NCBI GenBank assembly: GCA_023248155.1 | Contig: JAHFFE010000002.1 | Coordinates: 124,824 to 188,823, forward strand | DNA: 64,000 nucleotides | DNA from: Candidatus Omnitrophota bacterium | GTDB taxonomy: Bacteria; Omnitrophota; Gorgyraeia; 1-14-0-20-64-10 | Direction of reading: 5' to 3' | Part shown: piece after piece, positions 61,821 to 64,000 of the stretch | Numbering within the stretch: position 1 is the first letter of the stretch | How the letters are laid out: the number at the start of each line of letters is the position of its first letter | Program-made: the position numbers and the translations under genes | The notes under the pieces: generated by a model | Seen by the model: the letters and a program-made list of their open reading frames with translations, nothing else | What the model was told of the DNA's origin: nothing | Database searches by the model: none

Positions 61821-62263
61821 TGGAAGCGTCTCAAGAAAAAAGCTGGATTTCGCTGCTGCTGCGCATTGCGGTGGCTTCGTTGTTTATCGGTGCCGTGGTC
61901 CCGAAATTCCGAGAAGGCATGGATCTCGTCGCGGCATTTCAAGGAATGTTCCAGGGAACCTGGCTGCCGATGCCGCTTGTGAAATTGCACGCGCGCCTCA
62001 CGCCCTGGGCGGAATTGTTGATCCCGATTTGGCTCATCAGCGGTTTTCGTCTGCGCTGGGCGTGGCTCTTCACGGGATTGTTCATCATTTCATTGGCATT
62101 CGGCATGATTGTTGCCAAGCAGGGTCCATCGGCTGCCGACAACTATTCTTATTTATTGTTGGCCATTGCCGGGCTTTATTTCAGCCGGTTTGACACGCTG
62201 AATGTGGACGCGATACTAGGCGGAAAAGGCGGCGATTGCTGCGGCGGAACCAGCTGCCACTAA
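61820..62263 (+). CDS. DoxX-like small membrane protein with Cys-rich C-terminal tail
   Basis: Four hydrophobic helices. C-terminus GGKGGDCCGGTSCH. Confidence 0.45.
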   Translation: MEASQEKSWISLLLRIAVASLFIGAVVPKFREGMDLVAAFQGMFQGTWLPMPLVKLHARLTPWAELLIPIWLISGFRLRWAWLFTGLFIISLAFGMIVAKQGPSAADNYSYLLLAIAGLYFSRFDTLNVDAILGGKGGDCCGGTSCH

Positions 62264-62275
62264 ATTAATTGCTCA

Positions 62276-62560
62276 AGAGGCGGCCCGGGCTATGGGGACC
62301 GTGGACACGCTCGGAATCGACTACCGATTCCGTCGCTCTGTCTCCGGCCTTGCCGAAGAACAATTCGATTCGGCCTCCGCCAAGGTCCACTTGCCCCATA
62401 TCCCGATCCGCCTCTTACCACGCAGGCGCTTCGGGTGACGCGGGCGGGAGAGGCCTTCGCCGCCACGCGCGCAGCGAAGCGAGCACGGACGGCGGAGAGT
62501 GTCCCCGAGCGGCAGGACCCGAAGCGACGGAGGTTTGCAGATAAGCCCGGCCCGACTCTT
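62276..62560. repeat. Copy 2 of the ~290-bp structured repeat element
   Basis: 62291-62531 is ~97% identical to 28556-28800, with similar inverted flanks (gaggcggcccgggc ... gcccggcccgactc). The overlapping ORFs 62269..62544 and 62435..62818 are spurious. Confidence 0.8.
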
Positions 62561-62575
62561 GCTGAACGAAAAATT

Positions 62576-63790
62576 TTAGGAAGAGCGGGGGTGGAACAGT
62601 CCCAGGCTGGACGTGAATCCGTGCAGATGATTTTTCTGCGCGATCGGCCCGATCTCTCCGTTGCAGAAGAATCCTCCGACGGGAAAAGGGCCCAAGCCGC
62701 CCTGGATTGTTTTGATGTCGTAGTGCGGCTCGCCGTACAGTTCCTGTCCGCGGCCCATGCAGCTGAACAACAGTCCGCCGCGCGCTTTTTTGGGATGCGC
62801 GGCGGATTGTTGTTTTAACAGAAGCCCCAAATCTTCGCGCGAACTGTCGGCATCGCGTACATGAAACTGAATCGTCTGTCCTCGCTGAACCTGGTCGCCC
62901 ACGGCCAGCGCTCCCGACGCCACATCCATCGCGATCAAGTTCCGGATCAAAAAATCACCGCGGCCGAATGACTGCTGATATTCATTGACCACCATGCCGA
63001 TCAACAGCGCGCGCTGCGCCAGCTGGCGGTCTTTGTCGGTCAGTGAAACATACAATTGTTTCAGCGCTTCGGTGGCCGGCATTCCGGCCAATTCGAAGAT
63101 CACATTCTCCTGCGCTTTGGTGATGATGAACGGCCGTCCGATCGGGCGGCAGCCCTGCGAGACCATGGTTTCCATCGCGATGTCGCCGGTCATCAGCAGG
63201 CCTACGGCTCCTTCGGGGATCAGATCGTCGTTTAAGAACAGAGCGTTTTCTCCGGGGCCGCGCGCGCCGCTGGCAAGTCCTCCGACGATCGGCATCGCCG
63301 GGTAAACCTGGCGCATCGAATCGAGCAGCGTCATGCAGTCGCAGCTGTACGGTTCGGGCAGCAGCACTCCAACCGGCTGTTCGCCGGGATTGGCGCCGAT
63401 TTTTTCAATCCAATAGCCGGAATCGCGCGGTTCGGCCAGATCTTCCGGCGAGACGGAGAACGGGTGCAGTTTTACGCGGGGCAGGCAGGCTGCCACAAGC
63501 GAAATGGCCGGCACGCCTTCGAGTTCCATATTCGACCCGACGATTCCGCCGCCGGTGCATCCGATCAAGATTGGCGAGCCGAGCGTACGGCGGATATGGC
63601 GCAGCTGACTGGCCCAATTCATGCGGTAGTGCGCCGACGCGAACAGGAAAGCGGCATGGATCGGCCGGTCCTGCAGTGTTTCCTGAACCTGCGCCAGGAC
63701 GGAGTGAATCGCTTCAGCCGGATCCGTTTTGTCGGTGATGCCGGCCGCGAAAAACATTTGATCAGAAGAAGGAACCGATTCGCGATTCAT
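62576..63790 (-). CDS. FIST-domain sensory protein (FIST N and C domains)
   Basis: 404-aa ORF with a FIST-like architecture (..LIGCTGGGIVG.., ..GGFFCNGEIGP..). Confidence 0.65.
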   Translation of the reverse strand: MNRESVPSSDQMFFAAGITDKTDPAEAIHSVLAQVQETLQDRPIHAAFLFASAHYRMNWASQLRHIRRTLGSPILIGCTGGGIVGSNMELEGVPAISLVAACLPRVKLHPFSVSPEDLAEPRDSGYWIEKIGANPGEQPVGVLLPEPYSCDCMTLLDSMRQVYPAMPIVGGLASGARGPGENALFLNDDLIPEGAVGLLMTGDIAMETMVSQGCRPIGRPFIITKAQENVIFELAGMPATEALKQLYVSLTDKDRQLAQRALLIGMVVNEYQQSFGRGDFLIRNLIAMDVASGALAVGDQVQRGQTIQFHVRDADSSREDLGLLLKQQSAAHPKKARGGLLFSCMGRGQELYGEPHYDIKTIQGGLGPFPVGGFFCNGEIGPIAQKNHLHGFTSSLGLFHPRSS

Positions 63791-63800
63791 TGGTATAATG
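63791..63800 (+). promoter_or_regulatory. Extended -10 promoter element (TGgTATAAT) upstream of yajQ
   Basis: tggtataat at 63791-63799, 12 nt before ATG 63812. It lies in the divergent FIST/yajQ intergenic gap. Confidence 0.35.
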
Positions 63801-63811
63801 TATTGTACACC

Positions 63812-64000
63812 ATGTCAAAAGATCATAGTTTTGATGTTGTATCCAAAACCAATCTGCAGGAGCTGAAGAACGCACTGCAGATGGCTCAAAAAGAGATTCA
63901 GACCCGCTTCGATTTCAAGGGGTCATCGGCCTCCGTCAATTTTGAGGAAGGCGCCAACACCGTGAAGCTGACGGCCGATCATTCGGTCCAACTGCACAGC
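63812..64000 (+). CDS. yajQ: YajQ-family (UPF0234) nucleotide-binding protein, 3' end outside window
   Basis: MSKDHSFDVVSKTNLQELKNALQMAQKEIQTRFDFKGSSASV matches the YajQ N-terminus. Confidence 0.7.
   Translation, partial: MSKDHSFDVVSKTNLQELKNALQMAQKEIQTRFDFKGSSASVNFEEGANTVKLTADHSVQLHS

Noticed and set aside
62269-62818. ORFs 62269..62544 and 62435..62818 over repeat copy 2
   Set aside because: Same reasoning: they are translations of the structured repeat and of the FIST gene's opposite strand.

Overview
This window is a contiguous, tightly packed chromosomal segment at roughly 58-60% GC. It is almost all on the + strand and has many 1-4 bp start/stop overlaps.

Gene order: ilvE (5' partial), mcsA, mcsB, a 2431-aa multi-TM protein gene, an ORF6N-domain gene, clpC, an unknown protein plus mlaEFD, yacL-ispD-ispF-cysE-cysS-tmk-holB-metG, a convergent HD-GYP gene, iscS/nifS, a tatD/radical-SAM fusion, a CPBP protease, thiL-tsaE-tsaB-alr, a PIG-L deacetylase, an alpha/beta hydrolase, a small HTH gene, ilvD, ilvBNC-leuA, aroE-pilD-aroC-aroK-dprA-thiS-topA-xerC, and an LPS block (waaA-lpxK, an lpxL/ELM1-like fusion, a GT1/GT9 fusion, and four GT9 heptosyltransferases). 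It ends with a DUF3108 lipoprotein, a DoxX-like protein, a FIST gene on the minus strand and a partial yajQ.

The most unusual features:
- A giant gene (2437-9732) with an embedded HisKA_2/HWE-like histidine-kinase core, six predicted TM helices and an internal tandem duplication. Together with an ORF6N gene it sits between mcsB and clpC.
- A sharply AT-rich (~40% GC) reverse-transcriptase gene with a C-terminal alpha-helical repeat domain, inserted with zero intergenic space between heptosyltransferase genes. This looks like a defence-type (Abi/UG-like) RT.
- A ~290-bp highly structured repeat with terminal inverted repeats, present twice (28541-28830 and 62276-62560).
- A second ~280-bp element bounded by a perfect 22-bp inverted repeat, lying upstream of ilvB.

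I found no rRNA, tRNA or CRISPR array.
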